A DNA stretch of 64,000 nt from Phoronis australis (Eukaryota; Animalia; Phoronida), in contig NMRA01000892.1 of NCBI GenBank assembly GCA_002633005.1, positions 1 to 64,000 on the forward strand, given 5' to 3'. The notes beneath the pieces were generated by a model. It did not search any database, was not told the DNA's origin, and saw only the letters and a program-made list of their open reading frames with translations. How positions within the stretch are numbered: the stretch's first letter is position 1; every line of letters begins with the position of its first letter. Below, one piece after another: positions 12,935 to 26,259 of the stretch. The position numbers were made by a program, and so were the translations under genes.

Positions 12935-13941
12935 CTTAACATTTAAAGTGACTCGAAAATGCTGTGGCAAACCCTATTGAAAGAATTTGCGTCCTGTTTG
13001 ATGTCAAATCGGCCGCACCAAGTTCCCCGCCGTAATAAGATTGAAAATCTACAAAAGCATCAAAAGGATCATCTAAATACGGGCTCATTAACAATAAATG
13101 GAAATAACAAGAACCACAATTTTATCTAATTTATCCGAATAAACTACTCAGAAAGCAAGATGGCATTCCGTTATTTTAATGTGAAGACGACGCCAGTCTG
13201 ACCGTATTTAGACCATGATAAAAAATTTTTGGTTTTAGCGATCATAGTCAAATGAATGCAGTTTAGAAATTCAAATGAAAGCATAAGGAATTTTGACAAT
13301 ACGAATTTCCCTACAGTGAACCTGTATGTTCATTCAAGTTAAAAAAGAATAACCAACTAAGCCACGCTAACAACCGCCTTTTTGCACAGAGTGTCAGTAT
13401 TCAAGGCTCATCCTATAAAGTAGACTGAAGATGTCTTTAGATAACAGCCGTCTGTAAAACAATTATGTCCTGAATTAAAACAAATCTTAATAAGAAGAAT
13501 TGCTGGCTTGTTATTGGTCGAGAACAAGCCCAACCCGTTGGCTTGATCCAGAAGATTCATTTTATTCACAGAGCATGGTGCAATGCGTGGCTAATGGACG
13601 GCGGTTTCTTCATAACCCCGCAAAACACTTGTAATCTGTACAGGACGCAAGATGAAAGCTGTTCGATAAGTGTTAAAGACTTAAATTTAATGCTGTACTT
13701 TAACAGAAACTGTGAGCTATGTGTAGTATCTGCAACTCAATGCTGTCTTCCGCCTAGAAACAAAACACAGAATATGACAAAGTGTTGAAAGTCACCACCA
13801 GTCGGCTCACCTAGAGATGCAAAGCAATTTGACAACATTTCAAGAGTTGGCTTAATAGTTCGACGAAGGGACAACTTACGAGGAAACGTTATGAAAAGTA
13901 GACGAGTGGTTGCTTGAAATTGATTTTGATGCCCGATACAT

Positions 13942-14105
13942 ATAGATTATTACATGGCGAAGTCGTTATCCCCCGTTATCTAGAGCCCGAGTGGATTTTG
14001 GAGAATTATCGCCCGAGGGGCGTTAGCCCCGAGGGTGATAATTCTCCAAAATCCACGAGGGCTCTAGATAAGGGGGATAACGGCTGAGAACATGTAATAA
14101 TCTAT
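13942..14105. repeat. Long near-perfect hairpin / palindromic non-autonomous element
   Basis: Arms ATAGATTATTACATG...GTTATCCCCC..TTATCTAGAGCCC..GTGGATTTTGGAGAATTATC mirrored about a central CCCGAGGGGCGTTAGCCCCGAGGG. Confidence 0.85.
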
Positions 14106-14183
14106 TTATACCACATACTAAACGAGAAACATTGCAATGAATCGATTTACCTTTTCTGACTCTCCACGGCTTTGTAACTACTT

Positions 14184-14367
14184 NNNNNNNNNNNNNNNNN
14201 NNNNNNNNNNNNNNNNNNNNNNNNNNNNNNNNNNNNNNNNNNNNNNNNNNNNNNNNNNNNNNNNNNNNNNNNNNNNNNNNNNNNNNNNNNNNNNNNNNNN
14301 NNNNNNNNNNNNNNNNNNNNNNNNNNNNNNNNNNNNNNNNNNNNNNNNNNNNNNNNNNNNNNNNNNN
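14184..14367. other. Assembly gap (N run)
   Basis: Run of N bases. Confidence 0.98.
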
Positions 14368-14944
14368 GTATTACAATGCGCGTGGCCGACGAGTTAACTC
14401 AATGGTTTTGACCAAAAATAAAACCTTCATAAGAAATCACAGTACACAAAAAACTTCGCATATCAATACTGTATCAGGATAATTTATATTTGACACAAAT
14501 ATGTGAGTAATTACATTTATTTGGCAATAAAGTGCTCTCTGCTTCTCATGATCAAGTAGTCGATGGAGTGACGGCGAAAGCCGTGCGAAATTAGACTTTC
14601 GGATTTAGCTCGGGAGCGTCGGTCAAAACCCGGATGTGCGAAGACCGTCTGCCATGACATCACGGAATCAGGTCCTTGAATTTGTGATTTTGGCATTCTT
14701 TTGGCATTTTTGTCGCCAAATCACCACTCGAAGGCAATTTGAAGAGATCAAATGAAAGAAGGTATTCTAAGAGTTGTCCGATGCTAGTTTCGTGGAGTTC
14801 CATGCACATTTGAGTAGAAAATTCTGAGCAAACAGATTTCGAGTGTCCAACCTTTATGTTTTCTTATATATATTATTGAGTGACGTTTGCGATAAACCCA
14901 AGCGCCTGTGATTTAAGTATTCTATTTTCACTCTTGATGACGTC

Positions 14945-15017
14945 AGCCGCTGCGTGGTGTAGTGGTTAAGTTCGGTGACCAGCAAACTCAAGGTCCCGGG
15001 TTCGACTCCGTCCTCGG
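14945..15017 (+). mobile_element. tRNA-derived SINE head
   Basis: A box TGGTGTAGTGG and B box GGTTCGACTCC with tRNA-like spacing; acceptor stem does not close. Confidence 0.6.
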
Positions 15018-15193
15018 TTTCCCGCCAAATCGTTACCTCACTAGTGACGCCAATATTGTGGTATAATACAAGATAATGCTATGCTTCATTCTCGTCCAAT
15101 GCATATGGTTACATGTGGATATGACGTGGGCGAATACAAGTAAGATAATGCGCTTGTGTTGACTTATGAAGAAAAGGAGTATGTGACGCACAC

Positions 15194-15596
15194 CTTGCTC
15201 TCTTGTCCACAACGAGTACTCGCGCCCTCTCAAGTTTAAGTAGGAAAACTGTTCTCCTCCGCCGTATACAAACTCGTTCTTTTCCGCATAAATTCTAAGC
15301 CATACCCGATCAAATCCCGAGGACAAGTTGCCAAATGTGGCTTAATTGGACGCCATCGCCTGTCGTGTAGGTTCAGGTAGAAGAACTGAACGTGTTGCCA
15401 TGGAAAAGAAGATGTCGTGCCGGAACGGACGCAGTTTACAAAGATTTGGTGGTATTATCTTGTTCCGTTTGCATGTAGAAATCGGACAAAAGAATTTGAC
15501 TTTTGACATAGGTCTTGAGTTTCCATGGTAACCGGGGAATGCCGTCGAACCAGAGCCGATGTAGAGAAAAGGGTTAGACTTTGTGTGTTGCAGCAG
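15194..15596 (-). pseudogene. yihQ: Sulfoquinovosidase (YihQ-like GH31) pseudogene, exon A
   Basis: TTCTAG acceptor and GT donor; LLQHTKSNPFLYIGSG...DRVWLRIYAEKNEFVYGGGEQFSYLNLRGREYSLWTREQG matches the YihQ N-terminal region (H..DNP.L.IGSG...RIWLRL.A...HIYGCGEQFSYFDLRG...LWT.EQG); in-frame TAA and probable frameshifts; splices in phase to exon B (EQG|VGRNK). Confidence 0.85.
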
Positions 15597-16869
15597 CTAG
15601 AATAAAATTGCCAGTACGTGGATTAGCACCGTGTCTTCCGCCAAAGAAACTCTAATTTGATTGAGACCATTACCGGTATGGATTTGTTCCTTATTCAGTA
15701 GCTGAGGATGAATCGTTAACGTTGGAAAAAGTGCCAGTTTTTCCGTTAAGATCATACTAAGCGCCAAGAATTTGCTGGTTGGCGACTCCGTTTTGACGTC
15801 AGCTTTAGAGCTCACTCAGTACAGTATCTTTTAATGCGTTTGTATTGGTTTGTAATGGGATTTTCGGTAGACACATCAAATATCTGGGCAAATTTCATTT
15901 GAAACAACGTTGGGATTGCCAAACAAATTGCTGGGCTGTTAGTAAAGACACACAAAGCGCCTTTTAATCAGCTACTTATTTTTCGTTTTTCAGGAAGCTA
16001 AGCGCCAATGAAATGGAGTTTCGATATACAATATTGACATTTCCCAATTAGTGAAACTGGTGAGCAGGGCTCGAAATTAGAAAATAGTTAATCCATATAT
16101 CGAATTCAACGCTGCTCGATTAACATGAATTGGATAAAACTGTTGACTACATGTATATTAAGTACTAGTCCACGAGAGCACATGCCATCCAGCGGCACGG
16201 TGGAGGTCAGCCGATTTTCACCAAATCTCACACATAGGTAGTCCCATGTGATCTATAAACAGTGGTAAAATATTTCCCCAAAATATTACGTTCTCCAAAG
16301 TTATAGGCTCAAAAATATTTTACGGCTTCGCAGCCATGTTTTCACGCTGTAAAAACTGTCTGATTTTAACTGTTTATTGTTTTTCCTTGAATGAAAGCTA
16401 TTGAACTGTTATTCACCTGGCATTGTTTAGTTGTGTCGATAGAATGTTACAAAGATGTCTTGAAAAAAGATACCGATTTACCACCCTGATTTAGTAGTTT
16501 TACTACACTTCCCCCCGCTATGCCATTTTGAGGTTATGTTTAATACACTGCTATACCAAATAAACCCTTACCTTTATGAGAATGAAACTTGGCAAAAAGT
16601 TGAAAAAGCATGTTACTTTCATTTTATTAAATAAAAACTTTGTCAACTGGTCTATTACTTATACATTTTGGCACCTTAAATGAACTAAACTGAGAACTTT
16701 CAAATATCTGAGATCGCCGCGTCAGCAAGTAAAACCAGATTATCTTTAATGTTTTTTTTGCAATGAGTTGGTTCCTCCTGAATGTTTTAAGTGTTTTACT
16801 ACTTACCACCTAGGACCATAATACTCCTAGGTACCAAATATGGCTCCATTTTTTCTGAATCTTATGGTA

Positions 16870-18504
16870 TTTATTATCATTTACAAACAATTACAAAAAC
16901 AAACAAACAAATAAGTACACCATTCATTCACGCATGTACACCTCAGGAAGACCATTCTCACATCTCGTTTAAAGTAAATACATGTATCTTCTACATGAAG
17001 TTAACATGAACAATAAAATTTTCCCATTTCGCAGAGAAGCTGTCATATACAAAGTTTTTATGTGCATTAAATTTTTCAGCATTATAGTATTCATAAGTTT
17101 TTGTAACGAACTTGAGAAAATTAGGTATATTTTTGTGACATCTCTCCTTGTAAATGTATTGTTTAGCTAGTTGAAGCAAAATGTTAAATAGAAAATCATG
17201 CGTCTTGTAAAGTCCAAGAATAACACTATCGTAAGACAGACAGTTGGGAAGCTGAATGCTACACTTTTGAAGTAGCTTTCCGAATTCCTTCCAGAAATCT
17301 TGTACAAAGCTACATTCCCAAAAAAGTTGTGATAGCGTCTCTGGAGCTTTATTACAAAAGGAACATAGATCAGAATCCCTAACACATATTTTGATTAAAA
17401 AGGTATTTGTTGCAATAATTCTATGTAGTATTCTATATTGGAACCATCTAATATGGGGATCCTTTGTAATTTTGTAAGGTAAAGCATATATTTTCTTCCA
17501 ATCCAAACTATGTCCTAGCTCTATTTCCCATTTACACTCTGACTTAGGTTTCTTAACGTTATTAAAGACTGAACAAATATGTCTACAACCCTTCAAATCT
17601 TTCCGTAGGTGAGTAATTGCTAAAGGCATGCAAGGAGAGTAGACATTAACACTTTTAAATTTAGTTTGAAATAGACTTTTTAGAAACCTTCTTAGAACAG
17701 AAACAACACCGTTATATTCTACAAAGTTGGTTTTCACGTCGAACCTATTTTTCATATTGTTTAGACTAACAAAACCACCATCAGAGGTATACATACATGT
17801 ACCTCTAATAAATCTTAAGCCTTTTACAAACCAAGGCTTATAAAAAACACCTGTGCCTCCGATCACCAAGTTACTATTAAACCACAAAGGTTGGTTCAAA
17901 AAGTCCTCTTTACTCGCAACAATTATTTTCTTGTAGAAAGATAACATACTTCCAAATACGTCGCGCCAGTAGGAATTACCAATTAGAGTTAACTTCGACT
18001 TAATAAAGTCATCTCCAAATGAAGAAAAATTCTTTAAGAACGGGTAGAGTGAGTACAGCAATTCACCACTTTTAGACGCAGGGCTTTCAAGATATCTACA
18101 GGCCATAACAAGTTTTAAAGCTTTGCTGAAAGTATGCATATTAACCATTTGAATTCCCCCTTGATCAAGTCCTACACAGGCCGTAGTTCGTTTAATTTTA
18201 TCATTACGGCCTGCCATACAAATCTAAAAAATGTCGTATTCAATTCACCCAAGACTTTCACTGGTGGATTTGATAAATTTGACAACAAAAAATTAAGTTT
18301 AGAAATAGCTAATGTTTTAATTACCGCTCCATTTTTGCAATTAACCGATTATGTCCTCCCCAGTGTACATACAGGGTCAGACATGAACTCGACTAGTGTA
18401 GGTTGTTTTGATTTTATTGTTATTATGTCTTGTAATTTTCTCATGGGTATTTCTTCACAGATATTCAAATCAGATTTTCTTTTGATCAAATGTTCACGTA
18501 ATGC
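16870..18504 (-). mobile_element. L1/Tx1-clade LINE 3' fragment (RT C-terminus + zf-RVT)
   Basis: ORF 16991-18217 with GGIQM, QPLWFNSNL, WFQYRILHRIIATNTFL, CSFC...ETLSQLFWEC; AATAAA near the 3' end; possible TSD ATGGTA (16864-16869, 18505-18510). Confidence 0.88.
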
Positions 18505-18679
18505 ATGGTAATATCAAATGAATGATAAGTTTAGTCGCATAATCACAATTCTATTTTTTGTAGACCTTAAAACAAAGGGTCGCAGAAATCTTTTGTTTTT
18601 CGTACGAAATACCGGGTTTGCAGTTCTCTAAAAACATTCGAACCTCAGGATATACAGAGCCACATTCCACAACTGTCCA

Positions 18680-18835
18680 TGACAACTCGTCGCATATATA
18701 TCGCTCATAGGTCGTATCATTGTTTTCCTTTGTTTCGACATTGTTGGATGTAACAACACAGGTCGCATGAATATAGAACCTTGGGCATACGTCAAACCGT
18801 TACCGATAAATGCTTGTCATTATCTTCATTACAAC
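18680..18835. repeat. Unclassified diverged interspersed repeat (copy 1; copy 2 at 25670-25845)
   Basis: Shared blocks CATTGTTTTC.TTTGTT.C, TTGTTGGA.(A/G)TAACA, AGGTCGCA.G.ATAT, GTTACCGATAA.TGCTT..CATT.TCTT. Confidence 0.6.
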
Positions 18836-19339
18836 AACGGGACTAATGAAAATGATAATTTATTGTTCTCTGTGCTACCATGTTTCCCGTGGATGACCAC
18901 AGAAGAGGAATCCCAAAGTATCCACAAACACTTATCACGCACAACAGTAACTCTTAAAACGCACACGAATCCTTTCCGTAGAACCTAAACACCAAATTTT
19001 TATTTCTATGTATTGTGTTGCGATACTCTTGTAACCGGCTCACACCCCATTCTATTAAGATTCCAATTCCAACCTTGTGAAATGTAGTTTTAGTAAAAGC
19101 TCTCGACAATGGTGGTTTATGGATTTATTCTCCTTTAAATGAGCAGTAAATATCAAATTCTCAACTTGTTGTTCAAAATTAACCAATGGAAAATCATATA
19201 CTTAAAAATAAAACAATGCTTGACAATTTTATTCATTATCCCATTTGAAAGTTGTCTCCCTAACAGACAACTCATCTAAGTTGAAATATTTCCATGTGAA
19301 AAAATATAAAACACCAACCAGAGACTACTGAAACACGCG

Positions 19340-19480
19340 AGGCAGTGTGGCCTAGTTGGATAAGTGATCCCTTCCTCTACCCACCGATCATGCTCAAGGT
19401 GGGTTCGAGTCTCACCGCTGCAAACTGCTACACCCTTGTGTCAGGCCTCTACCTCCTCAACTCGGTTTTAATAAAGCACA
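19340..19480 (+). mobile_element. tRNA-derived SINE fragment
   Basis: A box TGGCCTAGTTGG, B box GGTTCGAGTCT, downstream AATAAA. Confidence 0.55.
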
Positions 19481-22293
19481 AAAATGTTTCCAAGCGATCA
19501 GTGCAATGGGCTTCACATGTGCAGCCTGCGCACGTCTGTTACAACGAGTACAAGGAAGCCTCCATATTTTTACTAAAACATGCAATGAATATTTTAGAGA
19601 ACAAATATCGCTCCTCTTTCACTTCATTAACTCTGGTAACAACACTTCCAGATTTTTCTTTCCAAGAACTATTAAAAATGTGCCGGCTCATGTCCCCTTT
19701 AATGCGTGCAAATACAGGACGAAAATGAAAGAATGAGACGAGAAATGTTTCGTTGGAAACCCGCAGGAATATCCAGTGAAAACGTGACTGATCTCACTAA
19801 ATCTGCAGCTCTGAATATGCGCACTCCGAAGCACTTGAGGAGTCATCACCACACAAGACGTGTCAAATACAGAAGAGAATGTTATTCGTCTTCCGATAGA
19901 GGTCGCAAGATAGGTGGTGTTCTAAAATTGACGTTATATGCGCTTCATCTGTTAAAAGAGGTCTCTACGGACAGGAACATCTAACATAATGGAGGAGGAG
20001 TGCCGTTTTCACCTATCTATAAATCTTGGACCACGCAATGGGATTATTTATGGCAAGTTCAACGCAACCTTTTCCTTGGCTCATTAATTGATTAATTACG
20101 GGTATACCGGAGATGTTCTAAAAATAAACTTCAAACCCTTCCTTTACGCCCGTTATGAAATGAAATAAAACAAAGTGAGATGGCGACGGAAAGTTTGATG
20201 AAATTTATACGGTACACAGCATAAAACATGGATTACCTGTATTTTAATTTAGGTAATATAACGCTTCAATAATATGGGATTAAGGCTATAAACGGTTATC
20301 TTGGTAATAGTAATATCCTTCTTGCATTTTCTTTCATTCTTAAGAGTCCTGGGCTCGGAACAGTTGTACACTAAAGTGAAGAACTGAGTTATGACGTACA
20401 TTGTACAATAGATATACATGTGGAGCTGCAAGCTATTCCTGATTAATTTTTGAAAACGCGTCTTTAAAATGCATAAGTCATGTACATGTAACTGCTCAGG
20501 AAAGGTAAATGAAACGTGAACCACTTAGCCATAACTTAAACTATACTTCTGAAGTTTCAAACTACAGTCAGTCACGTGTGAAAGTGTGCTGCTCAGTTAG
20601 TTCCACATTAGACACCAAATTGCGTTTCTTATACTGCGGCAACAACGACGCTATACGCCAAAGTTAAAAAAATCCCATGAGCTGGGAACATGTTACAAGG
20701 GTCACAGGATTTCTGTCCGATTTGCCACCTGTCCTGCTGCTGTGCAATATCACAAGAATTGTTATCGAATATTTCGTTTTAATCCCTCGGAAAGCTTTAT
20801 TATCGGGTTTCGTTACGAATTTAGAAGTTTAAAAACAAAAACATGCTTCAGAAACTACTGTCCTAGGCCTGGTCATTGCGTTTTATGAGAGCGGGGACGA
20901 GATGTTGCATTCTAGACACGTGTGTGGTGAAGGCACAGTGAACCGAGTGCAAATGACAATATGTACGTCAATCAAAATGAACAAACAGTCTCGTACATGT
21001 ACTTCTGCAGATATTCATGATAAGTATCTAACTTTAGGGGGCTGACCTTTACCGGATATAAATATTTGCTCAACTTAAGAGAAGGTGCTGTTATTTCAAT
21101 AAGTCAGCTGTTGTGCTTCAGTTGTTGGCCTTGGAGATTTCCCGAGTAAATCTTTAAAGTTTGTTAAGCTTCGTGTTGTTGTAAGCTAAGTCAAGTGTGA
21201 AGGTAAAAATAAGCATACGAGTATCCTGGTGTATGATCTTAGTGACGTCATTAAAAGTAAGACGAATCTCCGTGCTGGCAGCACACTTCTGAAAATAATT
21301 TCTGGAAATGTTTCAGATGGCGCTGTCACACACAAGACTCTCCAACTTGATCAAACCACCCAGAGTAATGTAACCAAGTAGATGGAGTTCTCAATTTACA
21401 TATATTAGGCAAAATTATAGTGTGCTGACGAGCGAACTAATTTCTTAAAATTCACTGACCCCAAACACAAAAGTGAAATTATAAAAATAACGTACACATA
21501 GCGCCCGGAAGGAAGCCATCACGACTAGAAAGAATTTTAAAAAACAGATTTTTAAATAAGCGATGTCCATTAATTGCATAAATTATGCAAACTGGTCATG
21601 CAACAACCTGCAAACTGATTTCATTACAAACAGGAAACATAACTGGGTGCTAGTATCAATACAAATAGGTCTGTGGTGCCTAGTACCAGCAGCAATTACA
21701 AGTAGAGTTTTCAATCGCCGTTGTCTTAATTTGCATAGTCCGTGCAAATTCTCAATGCATCCAAATCCAAAGTACAGTAGCTCCACTACAATTCACCGAC
21801 CACAGAAACGTAGGCAAAATATCAAAATAATCTACATGAAACTGTAATTCTTGATAATGAAGTTATGAGTACAAATAGAATTTTGCATACTGACTTGTGG
21901 TTAGCGCTAAATTCGACCTTTGTGCAAAATTGAAATTGTAGTTAGCATTAACATGATGCTATTGGTGTTGGTCGTCGGTACAGCAGTTTGACAATTAGGA
22001 ATAATTGTTAGTAGTCTCTGCAAAATTTTAGTCTTAAACAAAACGACCACAGTGGGAATTGATAACCCCAAAGAATGGGGGAAATTGTGAAATTAGAAAA
22101 ATCATGAAAGATCCTCTTTAACTATATCACGGTTATTCAAGTTGAGATGCTTGAAGGATTAGATATAAAACTTAAGCCTGTTGACCAACCAATATTTTAC
22201 ATGTATATAAAATACAAAAACGCCAAATCGAACAATATTTTCATTGCCAATGCAACAGTTCATTCTAAGTTCAGTATGAGAATATTAAATTAA

Positions 22294-25072
22294 AGTGCAA
22301 ATTTTGCTGCTGCGAAACGGTCATCTCCTGAGAGACGTCGGAAGAGTTAGCAACCAGCGCGTGCGCGTGTCACGAGCGTCCTGTTTTCAACACGGCGATA
22401 GACTTTTCTTTGTTGCAAAAGGTGGAGAATTATTCAAGAAAATGACGTTTAATGTGAAGGAAGGCGGAGCCTTGGTTGCGAGCGAAAGCAAGCAATTACT
22501 GTAATGTTAAAAACTCTGACCATTTTCACGGTGAATGATGCAAGTTCCGTATTGCGAATACGTTTACTAAACCAGAACTCGACAATATGATCGGCACAAG
22601 GTTTTTGCCTTAGTTGAGACAAACTCATGAATCCATGGCCTCTTGTAATCCAGCCATTACGGCTTGTATGCAGGTGTTACGGTATTTTGCACAATATATG
22701 GCCAATGATACTATTGGATACTTCTGTCAAGCAAGCGCAAATTGAACTTCAGCATCAGATCAGCTCTGACGGGTGAGTTAAAGGAGAATGCCATCCGATG
22801 TATTTGTAAATGTATATTTTACCGTCTTAATCGGTTTATATCCACATCACCTCGTATACAGTCGATCTCACCTCATCGAGAGGTGTTGCGTTAACCTGTG
22901 CGGAACGTGGGTACACGACAGCGACGTCAGTGGTTCTTCAGCTGAGTGTGCGGCTATGGTGTAGCGCATCGTTCCCGCTTATGGCGAACCGTGAAGCTGC
23001 AAGAAAAAGCAGGTATATCGTTTTTCGATTTTCTCGAGAACTCGAAATGCTTCGAAAGTGGTTCGTGACAGTAAAGTTGAAAAGCGCGTCGTTAATACCA
23101 CGTATGAGGCCGTGAAATATGTCCGTGTTTGTGGCTGGCATTGTTCTGTTTCAAATTGAGTTATTCTCAATCTAAACAATGTTAAATATAACTGAAACAA
23201 AGTGTCTTGAAAGACTGTCTCAGTAGATACAGTTTGTAATGTCTTTGGAATGTCCGTGAATGTAAATACTTTGAGAAACCAACAATGAATAAATCATACT
23301 GTGTTACCGGTTTTAGATACAATAAAGCTAATTGACCGGGCACCCGAGGCATTGTGAGCGCAGTGTGTGCTGACAGAAAGATGTTGTGAAACAGTAACTC
23401 AGTTTTATATGCTGTGGTTAGACGTTAAATGAATCTCTATGTAGAATCATTGTTATTGTACACTTTTGCCCTGTGCGGCTAAGTAGAAGGTGAACCTTGC
23501 CTCGCGGTCCCCGACGGGTAATTAGACTTGCTATTTTGTGGCGTTTTTACCAAAGTATTCACATGCACGTTATTTGTTTGACTCACTAGACCTGGCTTTT
23601 CGTGAATGGAAGTTTAATTTTCAACTTTGGCACCCGACTAAAAACTCAACGTATTTGCAAGAGTTTAGCATCGAATTTTGATGATTTACTGGTGTAAAGC
23701 GATGAAGTTGAGTGATAAACTGACACCAGTAAGCGTAATGTGAACTGCTGAACAGACTGTATTAGAGCCTACATGTATGACATCACTGTTTAATTTCAGC
23801 ACCTATGTATGCCGTCTGGTGTCAGGTAAATTAACTGAACTTGCTGTTGTCGAGTGGAACTACTCGATCTAAATTTATACAAAAATACGTTGTTTTTTGG
23901 TGGCATTCTCCTTTAACGTGTCCTTTATTTTTCAGCTTCGGTTCCTGTCTGCGCAGAATCCATTTCCAAAGCGAGTATATACAACATTGAACATCTAATC
24001 AAAACGTGTCCATGGTTATATGTCGATGCACTGAGACCTTTCACAGGCCCACTACCACAAAAATATTTTTTATTGCTCCTGCTCGGCCAGCCTATTTCCC
24101 TGCTTGGGAAGTTTTGGAAGAATACATGAATGTAGTGTTTTCAATAACTATGCTATATTGTAATGGCGGCTTCCATGTTGTCGTCGCAATTTTTCACAGT
24201 GACAATAAGATTTTCGGCTACACCTATGTGGTCACGTGACCAGTTATTATTACACGTATAGCACTTAGGTGGCGCTCCCGTTGGTCGCCTGCCATTAGAT
24301 TGTGAGCGTTGAAAGTTAATGACTTCCTGGGCTCGGTTACATGAAACAGTCCCAAATACGGTGTTCAGGTAAAAATGGTTATAATGGCACTTTTATATTT
24401 TATTATCCATGATCTTTTTCTCTTAGAAATATATACTTTTACGAGTTGTAAAAGCCCGTTTTTATATAGGAGTTAGAATAAAAACCCCTAAATAAAGTTT
24501 GGGACAACCTTAAGGGCTCAGTTTTTAGCTAAATTATTAGAAAATGTCATTAGTCGAAGAGGAGCTCATAATGAAAATAAAATAGAACAAAAATTGAGTA
24601 CAGAATGAAAGAAATGCACAAAAGGAACTTAGTCCACTCTCTATTTGGTACTCTTAAATTCAACCAGGCGATTCATCCCAACTTCCTGACCTCAATGTCA
24701 TACAAAATGACCGGCTAAAACGGCGTTAAGATGTATTTTTAGCTAAATCTCGGTCCATAGGCCTTTAAATTTAAATCTAAGAAACATTCGTTGATGCTTG
24801 CAATGTTTGTAATGATATCCACAGAAGTCAGTGGAAAGCTGGAAATTTCCGCAGGTGCAAATGTCATTTTTTCATCATTCTGTGGTTATATATATATATT
24901 GAAAACATGACCTCGCTCATGTTCTCAATCTCTGAGCTTGTGAACGCCTATACGTGTACATGTATACCTCTGACGTACTTTAAATATTATCAATACCCAC
25001 AATTTAATGATGCGTGACCCATCGAATAAATCGGTGTCAATATTTGACTTTTTTAATCTGCACAATTGCACT
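22294..25072. mobile_element. Kolobok-like non-autonomous element (outer)
   Basis: TTAA|AGTGCAAATTTTGC ... GCACAATTGCACT|TTAA; short imperfect TIR and TTAA TSD. Confidence 0.5.
22782..23912. mobile_element. Kolobok-like non-autonomous element (inner, nested)
   Basis: TTAA|AGGAGAATGCCA ... TGGCATTCTCCT|TTAA, a perfect 12-bp TIR; its right end recurs at 33215-33460. Confidence 0.75.
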
Positions 25073-25669
25073 TTAAGGGAAACTTGAAGGATAGACAGTG
25101 ACAGTGATTTATTCACCGTAATTAGGTCACAGGCTACTTTTCACAGAAACAAACACGCTGCATCAACATAAAAACCTGTGTTGGTTCAAACAAAATGCAA
25201 AAACAAGAGAAATTAGCAAAACAAAAACTACACTTCAACATCTAATACAGTACATCTCAGTTTCTCTCTGCCTAGACTAAAAACTTTGCTGCGTTGGTTG
25301 GCATTAGTATTTTGTGAACTCGTAAGAGACTAAAAACAACACTCTATTACAGCAACTGGAATGGTAAGTTTTCGTCGAAGGTCCACACACTATGGACACT
25401 AACAAAAATGATATTAACTCTCAGTAGCTCTGACGTAACAATAATCGCATAGTCTCTCTTCGCTTGGAATTTTAAATACGATTCAGTACATGATAAATAA
25501 TTCTTACGCGACCTAACAGGTTCAGTAGAGTTACGAAATCATCTTTGCCACTTAAATACACCGACTTGATGAAGTCAACAATAGTGAAACCATTAATAGT
25601 GGACCTTGAGGCATGGCCTAGAGCATGCCAAATGATGTCGTACGGATTTTGCAAGCTACTGATTAACTT

Positions 25670-25845
25670 GCGAGATCCATGCGACGGGCGTAAGCGCGTT
25701 GCATGGTTATCGCCTACGGTTCGCTACCATTGTTTTCTTTTGTTGCATTTTTTGTTGGACATAACAGTAAAGGTCGCACGGATATCATACATTGGACGCC
25801 CATCAGCCGGTTACCGATAACTGCTTACCATTGTCTTTATTATAA
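25670..25845. repeat. Unclassified diverged interspersed repeat (copy 2)
   Basis: Aligns by eye with 18680-18835. Confidence 0.6.
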
Positions 25846-26259
25846 GAAAGAAAAAGAAAGCAAACAAGAGATACGCCTATCATTCGATGTGTATGCGACG
25901 AACTTGCACCCTAGTTGCACTATCATAGAAACCAAGGGTCGGAGTCTAAAGCGAACATGTCGCGTGTATTATTTAATATAGAAAACTCGTCCTACATGAC
26001 GGCGACATCCCATGGGTTTGACTGTGTTCATACAGTGTACGCGTTCGGTAATAGCATGCAACCACCGTACATTTCCTTTGAAGCCTGGGAGATAATTGGC
26101 CTGCTTGTATCACACGGGACAAAAGACCGAGCTGGGCAGTTAACAAAAGAGCCAGAAGTTATCGCACGTTCAGCGCCCCTCACGTCCCGAAAAGTTACTG
26201 AACGACAGAACGCTGTAATGAAGACGGCCTAAAGAAAATAACAAAAACAAGACAATGTG

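Noticed and set aside
12203-12970. 255-aa ORF as a real gene
   Set aside because: Chimeric read-through of the frameshifted SQase exon, intron sequence and the LINE 5' end.
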